Assembly: GCF_006345805.1 (NCBI RefSeq)
Contig: NC_043000.1
Span: 130,262,001 to 130,326,000, forward strand
DNA length: 64,000 nucleotides
Origin: Octopus sinensis
Taxonomy: Eukaryota
Reading direction: 5' to 3'
Every line of letters starts with the position of its first letter. The first letter of the stretch is position 1. The notes below the pieces were generated by a model, which searched no databases, had not been told where the DNA came from, and saw only the letters and a program-made list of their open reading frames with translations. Positions 1 through 11,934 of this stretch are shown one piece after another. The position numbers and the translations under genes are program-made.

Positions 1-1529
1 GAAGGTGGAAGGATTGTTTGAGGAAGATTTGAGTTAGTTTTCTTGCAGCTTGAGTGACCATGTAGAGGTTCCTTCGTTGCATTCAGTTTAGTATTGCTAG
101 TAGCAAAGATTTCTAAGACAGGAACAAGACCATATATTTTTGGAGGGGGTTGTTAAGTCCACACTATCAACTCAGTACCTGACTTTACTTATCTAATCGA
201 CTCCAGGTAACATTTTATTGCTTAATCAGACAGGAAAGGCAGTATGCCCGACATTTCCCAGGGCCTCTGAGAGGAGTTGACGGGAGAAAGGAAATCATTC
301 TCAAATTAGCGATCTGGTTCAAACGCTAAAGACCTTTTTGAATGTCTTCAGTATTTGGGCCACGTTGCTAGGTAAGTATACCATCTAAATAGACCGCAAG
401 TGGTTTTTTAAAGGACAACACCAAGATTTACAACAAATACCGTAAGCTATGAAATCCGATTTTCTAAAAGGCTCTACCAGTCTAAAAGGCAAAGATATTT
501 TTGTGGTGAATTAGCAGAGTCGTGAGAACGCTGGACGAAAAGGCTTGCCTATTACAACGCCCTAAAACCTCTTCCGCTTCTCCATAAGATGGCGAACTGG
601 CAAGACTTTAGAGCTTTGAAAGAAGAACGTAAAAATATGTAACTAAACAATGATCATGTTTTATCTTGTGTTCTATTGATCACTGATTCTATCACTCATT
701 AAGACAATAAACATTTCTTCATAAGTTACACAAAGTTAATTGTTGATTTAGATCTCAGCATGTGACTGGCACATAATTTATCGGGATCGAAAGGATGAAA
801 GGTAAAGTCTATCTAAGAGTGAACTCTGGAATCAGATTGCAAAAAGGCAGAGCTAAAATACTACAAGATAATCCGTCAATGCACTGCCTAGTTGATTTTC
901 TTTACTTTCTCGGTTCAAGTTCCACCAAAACTGACCTTGCTTTCATCCTTGTGGCGAGGACAAAAAACTACCACTAAGTTATAGACATTAATCTAATCGA
1001 CTCTAACCTCTCACTAAACAAAAATGCGACCTATTTTGTGTATTGTGCATTGCAGTAGGCAATGAAACGGAAGAACCGATGGAGCATCAAAGAAAAGGCC
1101 TTGATAATAGTTTTAACGTTTTACTTTGCCATCTTCAGTGTTCTAGTCAGTTTCCATAAAGAGTGGTACACAATGTAACAGACATCGCGCGCTCAGCGTT
1201 GGCCAATCTGCGTTCGTCAATGAATGCTATTCGTAGTACGTCGATAGATACATTAATATCGCATTTGTTAAGATTATTATATCCGTAATAAAAGCAGAAA
1301 AAAGAAACAGCACAACTATGGGTCAGACCCTGCATTGTGTTTTGTACGACTTTATGCCAATTGATCATATGGGCTTTTCTCTAGGTGTGGCCTTTGAACG
1401 ATTCAGATGTGTTCTGTTGTGGGTTTAGAACTTTCTAGGATGTGATTGTTTTTAGAGCCAAAATGTTTTCTAGTCCTGAAGCAAAAGATTAATGTTTGAG
1501 AATTGGTTATTTAAGATATGTATTCATCA

Positions 1530-1975
1530 GAGGAGATCCTAAGTGAAAAGGGTTTCGCATTTGAAGTGATCACAAGAGCTCAAGTATGCTACTCATTCAA
1601 TGGGATTACGATGCAGTTATTGGTTTCCTTTTTATATAGTTTTGTGCTGAAGAAAGAAGTAAATTTGGCGCGTTTACATTGGAAAATGCCTTTCAGGTCT
1701 CTCTTCGTGGAATCTGTAAAGCTTGATGCGAGGGTCAATATGGAATCACAGCAGAACCATGAGGAACCCCAAAGTTGACAAAGTGTGGGGCTGAGTGAGA
1801 CCTATCAGTACATGTCATGATAGAGCTATTCCATAAGAAGCCACTGATGCAAAAGATGAGAGGCTCATCAAAAAGCTATATATGATGTATCCAATTGGCG
1901 AACTATAATCCCTCATTTATGTGACCCAGCCGATGTTGATCAAGTCCAAGCTTATGCTCTTTTAGATGTAATCTA
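1530..1975 (-). mobile_element. Highly decayed L2/CR1-group reverse transcriptase relic (tentative)
   Basis: Minus-strand translation across frameshifts gives LDL..., GIALS*, TDRSH and GVPHGSAVIP (1770-1741). The order and ~60 aa spacing fit LDLSAAFD...GTALSW...SDRSQ...GVPQGSVLGP. No YADD motif is readable. Confidence 0.3.
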
Positions 1976-2424
1976 AATAACAATAACACATATATGGTAC
2001 ACACCTTCATACCTTCAGTCGCCGTGAAACAGCCTGTACTACCTCCGCAGCTATCTTGATGTGAATTATACTTACTGGATACTATAATGTCTAGCTTGTT
2101 TTAGACTTTGCTCGGGGTCTGACCCTAACCCTCTGCATCTCACCTCACTGGGATCCCAATATGCTTGCCACCTGTATTTTTCTTTTCCGTATTTAAATAA
2201 TGTCACCAGCTAAGCATATTCTAACCTTTTCCTCCTTTTTCTTTCATCAATATGTTCCTCCTTGGGAGTGAAGAGTTTATCTCTTATCTTCAAGAGGTTT
2301 CAGCCATTAGACCACAGCTATGTGGGAACACCACCTCGAAGAATTTTAATCGAACGAATGAACTGCAGTACCCAATTTTTAAAGCCTGATGCTTATCATA
2401 TCAGTCACTTGTGCCGAACATCTA

Positions 2425-2682
2425 CGTTACGGGAACGAAAACACACCAACACCGGTCGTCAAGCGGAGGTGGAGGAAAAATTCGGACACCCACGCACAAA
2501 TACACACACACACGTGTGTGTGGGGTGGACTTTTATAGTTTTCTTCTACCAAATAAACTCACAAGTCTTTGGTCGACTCGAGTCTATAGTAGACGACAAT
2601 TATCCGTGGCTTCACGCAGTGGGACTGAACCCGAAGCCACGCGGTTAGGAGGCAAACTTCTTATCACAGCCACGCTTGCGCA
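2425..2682 (-). mobile_element. SINE family A, diverged partial copy
   Basis: Matches the head and body of the full copies (e.g. 25810-26217), including gcagtgggactgaacccg and the internal CA tract. Confidence 0.75.
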
Positions 2683-3148
2683 TGTAAAGCCAATTACATG
2701 GATGACTCTGAAAACAACAAGGTTTTGACGTGACAACTGTAAAATATAAACGGAAGAATCTGAGGACATTGGTGATGGTACGTGGTCGTTCATAGAAAAG
2801 CAAAATTTCATGCAGTAGAATAAATTATATGAAGTCAGGAAGAAATACGGTTTTCTCGCTCCGTTGTAATTTCTAACTGAATCATGTTGAGTTCGTGTTT
2901 CATTTCTGTGTTATCAATATAATAAATACAATCACATTCAGAAATGACATAAGCGACTTTATAGCATTGCTAATAAATAGTGGTGGCCCAGTGTTATATT
3001 ATGAGAAATCTTTATTAATTATTCTTACAAGTAAGGTAAGAAATAGGTACTCTTAGCGGCAGTAGTAGTAATGAGAGTAACTACAACACTATAGTAACAC
3101 ATATTTGAGGGTTAAGTAAATAGGAACATAGATGAAGAGATTGTGATG

Positions 3149-3185
<37 letters not shown>

Positions 3186-3188
<3 letters not shown>

Positions 3189-3300
3189 CGTTTTTTAGAT
3201 GGCCAGATAACCGAAGAGATGGTGGTGTGGATTTCCACCTCGGCATCTGAGTTTTATCTTGGCTATTGAATAATTGTCACATATTATTTTACAGAAATAT
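3186..3300 (+). mobile_element. Hammerhead-bearing repeat family H2 (Penelope-like terminus?), copy 1, between (TA)n tracts
   Basis: Homologous to the reverse complement of 17105-17212. Reads ggccagataa-CCGAAGA-gatg..catc-[GAAAC segment deleted]-tgagtt-ttatcttggc. Confidence 0.65.
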
Positions 3301-3344
3301 GTATATATATATATATATGAGAGAATGAGAGAGAGAGAATATAT

Positions 3345-3480
3345 TCTGTTCTACTCTAGGCACAAGGCCCAAAATTTTGGGGGAGGGAGCCGGTCGATTA
3401 GATCGACCCCAGTACGAATCTAGTACTTAATTTATCGACCCCGAAAGGATGAAAGGCAAAGTCAATCTGGGTGGAATTAG
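3345..3480 (-). mobile_element. SINE family B body with alternative tail (B2)
   Basis: Has the B core (atcgaccccgaaaggatgaaaggcaaagtc) joined to the tail ...ggcacaaggcccaaaattttggggagggagcc. The same variant occurs at 16428-16558. Confidence 0.75.
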
Positions 3481-4991
3481 AAAGTGAATATTTTGACTGA
3501 CAAATTTAAGACGGATCAATTTAAGTCTGAGACATATAGTTAAACATATGAGGAAGTATACGAATCTCAAAAGAATTCTTTCCTTCCATCCAGTGGATGG
3601 ATTTTGTAAGAAAATGAAAATTTATAGTAGGTTCAATAAGGGAGGATTCAATTCAGGAATAACAAATAAAATTCTTTATTTTGGACTTAGCATTTCTATA
3701 CAAACGATTTTATTGAAAATAAAAGAAATGGAATCAGAAAAACTGAGACGCAAGGAGATACAAAAGTGGGCAAGTGGATAAATGAAGCTCTGTATATGGG
3801 ATATACGTATATAACATGCATGCGCTACATATTTACGTACACACAAAAACACACACAGACACAGTGTTTATGAGCTATATTCGAATCGCTTTTTACTGTT
3901 TCATCAGCGAAAATTGGACAGCGACTATGACACTCTTGGGAGCACATAAAACTAGTTGGGGAATAGAAGACTGGAAACATAGCTTATTTGCTACAGGTGG
4001 TATTAAATACGGCAGTAGATTACGTTAACCACTCAGAAAAAGATAACATATAACTGACCGGTTTCTACTAAAATATTTTTTATGTTTTGTCTTTCGCTGA
4101 CAAGACTGTTTGTCAAGATGCTTCATTTTAATAGATTTCCACAAAATTCTAACCGCAAATGTTGTTTGCAGTTACGATGTAAATTTTCTTCAATAAATAT
4201 ATCGAAGATGTACTTCAATATTGCTGTACGAACAACGAGTTTAAGGACATCCTGTTCATCAAATTTTACTTTAACGAAATGAGCAAGAAACTTATTACTC
4301 AAGCAGCAACTCATTTGGTCAATGTTTAATGCACGGCAAGTCTTGCAAGCATTGTGTCTTGTCTATTAAACATCAGATAAACTAGAGCTGGCAATAAAAA
4401 TAAAATAAACTTTTAAGACATTTGTACCGATCGATCGTAAGAAGCAGTTGTATGTTACGCAAAATTTAATTTTCTTGACGGCCAGAATTGACTGCTGGTT
4501 ATACAGAATGTAGTATGTTCTCTTTCAATCAAAAGGAACCGCAAAAGAAGCCGGACTAATATTTCTCCCCACATTCCAATTCATCAAATGCTTCATTTAA
4601 TACTAAGGTGTAGCATTGATTACAGATACAGACTGTGTATTGCAACATATCATTCCGTGAGCAAGCTAGGAATCTCGATTTGCTTCAAGCAGCGACCAGA
4701 TCTCCTGCTAATCACACCCACCATCGTCTTAAAACGAACAAAATTAATTAAATTCTAAATAGGTCTGAAAAAAAAAACGAGATAGTCGCAGGTGGATCTC
4801 TTTTCAACACTTGTTTGCTCGATTAGGATCGACCTTGGTCTCGACAACAGCAACAGTAGCTTATTCTTCATTACATAGAAATGTTTCACACACTCCATTA
4901 TAAGCAGCTTGTAATCTGAACAAAAGAAACCCTACCTAATGGAAAGAATACAAATTTATATATATATATATTTATTTATATATACATACGT

Positions 4992-5150
4992 ACAGGTGTA
5001 GCTGCGTGGTAGTAAGTTTGCTTCCCAAGTACTTGGTACCTTGTGCAAGTGACTTCTACTATAGCCTCGGAAAGATCAAAGTCTCGTGAGTAGTTTTGGT
5101 AGATGGAAATTGAAAGAAGCTTGTCGTACAACACACACACGCGCGCGCAC
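4992..5150 (+). mobile_element. SINE family A, 5' partial copy
   Basis: Head followed by cttctactatagcctcg...ggtagatggaaattgaaagaagc; ends in the CA/TA tract. Confidence 0.7.
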
Positions 5151-5184
5151 ACACACACAGATACATACATATATATATATATAT

Positions 5185-5528
5185 AGGAGGAGACCCCCTT
5201 CGGTCATGAATGGCCATGGGATTGCTCCTAGAAAGTTACCCTCAGAAGGCACAAGTCTGGGCAAGTTTGTTTGTGGAAGGCTAGCAGTCACCCATGATGC
5301 ATACCAGTTACCCCTCTTCACACCACCGATGTTATCCAAGAGAAAAGCAAAGGCTGATACAGCTTGGCACAAGTGATGTCGCAACTCATTTCTACAGCTG
5401 AGTTAAATGGAGCAACATGAAATAAAGTGTCTTGCTCAAGAACACAACACACAGCGCAGTACGGGAATCAAGCTCACAACCTCACGATCGGAAGCTCGAC
5501 GCTCTAACCACTGAGCCATGCGCCTTTA
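5185..5528 (-). mobile_element. SINE family C (tRNA-like head plus conserved central domain), tail type C2
   Basis: Reverse complement begins ggcgcatggctcagtggttagagcgtc (A-box), then ttgattccc (B-box-like), then gtgttcttgagcaagacactttatttcatgttgctcc..cagctg..aaatgagt, shared with other C copies. Confidence 0.85.
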
Positions 5529-5529
5529 C

Positions 5530-5532
<3 letters not shown>

Positions 5533-5572
<40 letters not shown>

Positions 5573-5610
5573 TATATATATTATATATATATATATATAT
5601 AATTATATAT

Positions 5611-5642
<32 letters not shown>

Positions 5643-5712
5643 ATTATATATATTATATATATATAAATTATATATATATATTATATATATATATAATATA
5701 TATATATATATT

Positions 5713-5743
<31 letters not shown>

Positions 5744-5855
5744 TATATATATATATATATATAATATATATAAATTATTATATATATTATATATTATATA
5801 ATTATATATATATATATATTATATATATATAAATTATATATATATATATATATAT

Positions 5856-5894
<39 letters not shown>

Positions 5895-5904
5895 TATATA
5901 TAAT

Positions 5905-5944
<40 letters not shown>

Positions 5945-6024
5945 TATATATATATATTATATATATATAAATTATATATATATATATTATATATATATAT
6001 AAATTATATATATAATATATATAT

Positions 6025-6098
<74 letters not shown>

Positions 6099-6133
6099 TA
6101 TATATATAATATATAATTATATATATATATATA

Positions 6134-6215
<82 letters not shown>

Positions 6216-6280
6216 TATATATATATATATTATATATATATATATATTTATAAATTATATATATATATATATAATATATT

Positions 6281-6318
<38 letters not shown>

Positions 6319-6344
6319 AATTATATATATATATATATATATTT

Positions 6345-6417
<73 letters not shown>

Positions 6418-6474
6418 AATATATATGTATATAATATATATGTTATATATATATATATTATATATATATATAAT

Positions 6475-6536
<62 letters not shown>

Positions 6537-6578
6537 ATATATATGTATATATTATGTATATATATATATATATGTATA

Positions 6579-6622
<44 letters not shown>

Positions 6623-6652
6623 ATATGTATATATATATATATATATGTTATA

Positions 6653-6693
<41 letters not shown>

Positions 6694-6715
6694 GTAATAT
6701 ATATATATATATATG
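5533..6715. repeat. ~1.2 kb (TA)n microsatellite with recurrent AAATTA and TATG interruptions
   Basis: Seen directly in the sequence. Confidence 0.98.
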
Positions 6716-7978
6716 TGATGTAATATATCTTGACTTTGCAAAAGCCTTGATAAAGTCGACCATGGTATGATCTGTCATAAACTGCGTGGTCTCGGCATAG
6801 GCGGGAAACTTGGAGAGTGGCTGCACAACTTCCTAAAAGACAGAAAACAGGCAGTTGTGAGCAATGGAGCCACCTCCAGGGAAACGCAAATAACAAGCGG
6901 TGTCCCACAGGGCACTGTCTTGGGGCCATTGATGTTCATAGTGGCCCTTTCAGACATGCCTTCAGTTGCTACGATGACCACCCTTGCTAGCTATGCAGAT
7001 GACACAAAGGTCTCCCACGCAATACAGAACCCTGAAAATATTGCGCATCTGCAACATGAGCTGGACACAATATACAGGTGGGCTGAGGACAACAACATGC
7101 AGTTTAATGCAGGTAAGTTCCAGGCCCTGCGCTACTGGCACACAAAGGTAAATGACGTGAAGACTGGATACACTGGCCCAGGAAGAATTGCAATCCCTGA
7201 GTCAAAATCAGTGCGTGACCTGGGCATTGACATGAGCAATGATGCATCTTTCCAAATGCATATTGCTAATCTGGTGATAAAATGCAGACGGCTAGCTGGA
7301 TGGATTCTCCGAACTTTCAGAACAAGAGAGAAGGAGACACTGATGGTCCTATGGAAAACATTTGTCCTCAGCCGCTTGGACTACTGCTCCCAACTTTGGT
7401 CACCACACAATAAAACAAACAGCAGAACTCGAAGCAACTCAGAGAAGCTACACAAAGAAAATCGTCTCAATGCAAAATGTCAGCTACTGGGAAAGACTGA
7501 AGGTATTAAACCTCTTCTCCCTGGAGCGGAGGCGGGAGAGATATGCAGTAATACATCTGGAAAATCCTGGAGGGTCTTATCCCAAACTTTGGCATTCAAA
7601 GTTACTCCAACCGCAGAACGGGGCGCCGCTGCGTGGTGCCAAGGATTCCAACATCACCATCAAAATACAGGTCCAGATACTGCAACAGCTTGGGTTTCAG
7701 AGGACCACAGCTTTTCAACATCCTCCCTAAATGCCTGAGAGACTTACATGGTGTGGATGTGGGTTCTTTAAAACTAAACTGGATCCCTTCTTGTTGGGAG
7801 TCCCAGATGAACCTACCTCACGACAGGAGACACGGATGCGGGCAGCAGCATCGAACTCCCTTGTTGATCAAGTGCCACGTATCAGAGGTGGATTCACAAA
7901 CTAGTGTGGCTCATTCAGCGGTGGTGCCCCAGCATGGCCGCGGCCTTCGGGCTAAAACATTTTTAAGGATTTAAGGAT
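6715..7978 (+). mobile_element. 5'-truncated CR1-group (CR1/L2/Crack-like) LINE: RT, C-terminus and 3' tail
   Basis: [10 protein letters not shown][fs]DKVDH at ~6717-6763, then ORF 6767-7738 with SGVPQGTVLGP, YADDTK and LDYCSQLWSP. Frameshifted continuation reads ELEATQRSYTK..SYWERLKVLNLFSLERRRERY. Hairpin tail and (TTTAAGGA)2 end. Confidence 0.95.
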
Positions 7979-7993
7979 ATATATATGTATATA

Positions 7994-8036
<43 letters not shown>

Positions 8037-8079
8037 GTATATATATATGTATATATATATATGTATATATATGTATATA

Positions 8080-8132
<53 letters not shown>

Positions 8133-8169
8133 GTATATATATATATATATATTATATATATATATATAT
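7978..8169. repeat. (TA)n/(TATG) microsatellite
   Basis: Seen directly in the sequence. Confidence 0.97.
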
Positions 8170-9735
8170 TCCCGCCAAAAGTAACGTCGTGTGTGCAAAA
8201 ATCTTTTGAGTGGGAGGTAACACCACCCACCCTAGGCATAAACGTAAGTTTTCGCGCCGGTCGGCTACATCAGTTCCCGCTTGTTACGCCTTGGTTACAA
8301 ACATGTAGTGCGCGCGGCAAACATGAGTATGCAGATACTAAAGAAGGAGGTATGCCACCGTGGCGCTTCATGTGAGAGGAGGAGGCAATCAAACACGCAA
8401 CAGAAGCAATAAGATCGAAGGAGTGGATACTTTTGCCGTCGTACTGCGGCAAACGTGTGGCTAGAGTGCGAGTAGGCCAACTACCCCCAGAACTAGAAGA
8501 GGCATGGCTCATGACAGCCAAAATGTTCAATATGAAGAATGGGGTCAAGATATTGAAGGCCACAAGAATGAAGAAACTCAACTACTGGGAACATGGGATC
8601 GAACTCACTATCCAGCAACAGTAGAGGATTTGAACATGATAGCGGAAGAGATAGTACTACCAGACGACGCGAGATTAAGAACGAAGGTAGAGGGCAGGTC
8701 GCCTGTGTTTTAAATGTGGAGAGAAGGGCCACATGAAGGCATGGTGCACCCAGAAAAAGCAACAAGCAAAGCAGGTGGAGAGACAAGAGAGTGTAGACCA
8801 GGTAGAACAGGTCGGAACAAAGGAAACAGGATGATTTTACTGTGGTAAAAAAAAGGAGGAGCGGAGGGATAGGTTCTCCGCCAGAGAAACAGAAAAAGAA
8901 GAGAGAAGACAGGAGAAAAGAAACTGTGAAGGAGGTCAGCAGGAAGGAAGACAAAAGGGTGACAGAGAAAGAAAGTAAAAAGAACGTGGAGCTACAAGTA
9001 AAGATACCAGTTGTTCAGTTGGAAAAGGATTCAGAAATTCAATTGGCCGAAGAGGAGATGGAGAGGCTATTTGGAGTGGAGGAAGAAAAGAGAGAACGAA
9101 GAGTTCAAAATAAAGGAAAGAACATACAAGGAGGAAATGGAGTATGGAGTATGTGACGTACCCAAAGAATGTAGAAACAGAGAAACAAGTTTAATCAAAT
9201 AGTAAGAGTGAAAGTACCATCATACATATATGCAGAGGATATGAAGGCGATAGTGATCGAAAAAGAAAACTACAAGAAAATGGAAGAAATGTGTGGAGAT
9301 AGTATTGACCCACCAGGAGTAAGGGTGGAATTCAAAGAATTGCCACCAGTAGTGGATTTAGTAGAAATTGAACCATTGATGAAGTTCTACTAAAAAGAAA
9401 ATAGGTTTGTTAAATTGACAAGAAAAAAAGGAAGGAAAAAAAGAAAGAGTAAAATGTTTCATGTTATGTTTAAAAAATATTGAAAAATAGAACAATTTTA
9501 GAGAATGTATACAACGGTTCAAATACTTGCAATGGTATGTAACATGATAAAAATGGACTGTAAAAAAAAAAGCTTAATGGTACTGCATGTGATGAGGGGC
9601 GCATGCAACCATTCATAACCCCATTGTTGTATAATCATCTCATTCATATTCGTTCTATGTGGGTGTCCTCTGTGGTGTCCTATCTGTCCTTTTTGCCCCC
9701 CGCCTATTCCGGGCCCTTGTGGCTAATAAAAAAAT
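8170..9735 (+). mobile_element. ORF1-only (gag-like, CCHC zinc knuckle) non-LTR retroelement, disrupted
   Basis: A broken ORF at ~8323-9393 reads RVRVGQLPPE...RLRTKVEGRSP, then CFKCGEKGHMKAWC (8706-8747), then a K/E-rich region. About 340 bp of UTR-like sequence follows, ending cccttgtggctaataaaaaaat. No endonuclease or RT follows. Confidence 0.75.
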
Positions 9736-9784
9736 CGAGTATACAGATACTACCTGTATTTCAAAAGGCCAGGCTTGTATCATT

Positions 9785-9930
9785 CTGTGCCACTCCGAAT
9801 CTCACCGAGAACTACGTTAATGGTATGTGCGTTTGAGGCATGCTCAACCACTTGCACGTTAATTTCACGAGTTGTCTGTTCCGTTTATCAGATCAACTGG
9901 AACCCTTGTCGTAACCAAGTAAGTGCCAGC
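9785..9930 (+). mobile_element. Tail-only fragment of SINE family C (tail C3)
   Basis: ccacttgcacgttaatttcacgag..gatcagatcaactggaacc..gtcgtaacc matches the tail of the 13150-13460 copy. Confidence 0.75.
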
Positions 9931-10101
9931 TTTTTCTATGTTAGAAAATAATATTGGCATAGGTAATGTTTTATCTATTTTATTGTCTTTAGAAGGCTTG
10001 ATATACAACAACGCTACCCCTTATAGGATTAGATCTTAGTATTACTATTTCTACTGTTTCTGCTATTGATTGCTCTTTAACAAATAATTGTTTTTCTTTA
10101 G

Positions 10102-10192
10102 GCAAAGTGTTTACAGTTTTGAGGAGAGGAATGTATTCGATACCATCGATTCCAATACTTCACTGATCTATTATTTCATTGAACTTGAAAAG
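10102..10192 (+). CDS. Candidate internal exon (QSVYSFEERNVFDTIDSNTSLIYYFIELEK), product unknown
   Basis: Strong acceptor ttgtttttctttag|G, one open frame of 91 nt, donor AAG|GTGAAA. No recognisable homology; could be chance. Confidence 0.2.
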
Positions 10193-11169
10193 GTGAAAAG
10201 CAAAGTTCATTTTGGTTGTATTAGAACTCAGAATATAGTGATCGATATTATCATTGGTGCAAAATTGCATACATTTAAGAGAGAGATATAATATGATAGA
10301 TTTAATCGACTCCAGCTCTCGATTGCTATTCATTTGTATGGTCCTGGAGGATGGCATTTCAACTTTGACACCGTTTATGATTTAATGATATGAACCTAGG
10401 GCGTTAAATGATATTACCATATACTAGAATACATTTCGTCAAACTCTTCTGCGTTGGTTGCCAACATTTCTGTAACCTCGTCACCCTATCTCGCTATACT
10501 TAAAGTGCATGTCACCCTTATTGGATATTTTTGTCAATTGTGGTATTTAAATTCAAAATCTCGTGTCAACCCTAGTTACTATGCACAGCACTTAAGGCTG
10601 TCGTGACAGCTAATATGAAAACCACTATTTTACCGATGCTGTCACCAAGCGTGCCTCTAACCACTTCTAAATGAAATAGAATTCGAGAAAACTTAACAAC
10701 GGTCTGCGTTGATGCACGATAAAATATTTCTTTATCTTATCGAGAATACAGGATGCTGGCAGTTATAAAGTATTGGAAGAAAGAGGGCAACAGAATGAGC
10801 GATTTTTTTTCTTGACTATCGGTACTTTACTGTAAAAACATAAGGATGAATACCTGTGTGTTTGTGTAAATGTATGTGTCTTTGGAGTCGACTGTTTAAC
10901 ATTATTTTTGATTTAGAATATGTTATCAGTAGGCTATCAACCAAACTGTCCACCTCTTGCCTCCAGAGAATCAGATCGCTACGTTATTTCCGACATATTG
11001 TTGAACCAAAGCAATAATATATAGTGTCCTGTCCAGTAAAGACAAGGAAATGCCTGCAGCTGATTCGAACTCACGAACACGTGAACTTGTTCAATATCCA
11101 TTATAAACTCGGCAATATTCCAATGTGCGATCGATGAATATAAATAAATAGATACTAACACTATACAGC

Positions 11170-11430
11170 TGTTATCACTACTACTACTACTACTACTACT
11201 ACGACTACTACTACTACTGCTACTATTTCTACAGCTGCTACTACTGCTGCTGCTGTAGTTGGTAGCCGCGCCCTTGTTGCTATTGTATTGCCAAACTTAC
11301 ACTGCTACAACAGCTGTTGCAGGCAATACTACTACTGCAACTGTTACTGCTGCTTCTGGACCAATCGAAGCTACTACTGCTGCTACAACTACTACTATGG
11401 ACGCAGCAGTAGTTGTAGCAGTAAGACTAT
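11170..11430. repeat. Degenerate (ACT/GCT)n trinucleotide low-complexity tract
   Basis: Seen directly in the sequence. Confidence 0.9.
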
Positions 11431-11934
11431 CAGTCTGTTTCGATAATTAGTTGAACTAAGTTCACATTGCTTATTCCTTTATTTCCTTTAAAAAATGCTT
11501 TCCCACCACACATTCGTCTCCATTTCCCCGTAGAAAACAAAAACAGTGACTTTGAACATTAGTTGAAAACCTAGTAGTAGTAGCAGCAGCAGTGCTTCCA
11601 GCCCTATTATCGTTGCGGCTATTTCTCTTCAAATACATCGATAAAATAGAGCATCGTGCATGAACCTCACAACAGCACATATTGCTTTTATAAACTTTAG
11701 CCTATGCAAAATATATAACGTCTACGATGTCAGTGAGTCTGCTAGGAATGACACCTAGCCTGTTTGAAATCTTGAGATACAAGAATGCATAAGAGAAAGG
11801 CGAGAATGTCATGGTAGGAATGCTTGTCATCACTATCGCATACCTGCTCTGCTGAAGAGTTGACATGTAGCTAAACAACAGAAACAACCTTAATACAGAT
11901 TGCTGGAACACTGTTGCAACAACTTTAAAGGAGC

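Noticed and set aside
230-385. Segment ending in a strong donor TAG|GTAAGT
   Set aside because: All three frames contain stops; at most a non-coding exon, and unsupported.
4082-4380. Open frames on both strands with Cys-containing, protein-like text
   Set aside because: No recognisable motif and no consistent splice boundaries; unresolved without a search.
6406-6826. ORFs of YI/IY repeats here and at 7952-8375, 46604-47121, 48898-50308, 60618-61580 and 63406-63827
   Set aside because: They are translations of TA, CA and TATG microsatellites, not genes.
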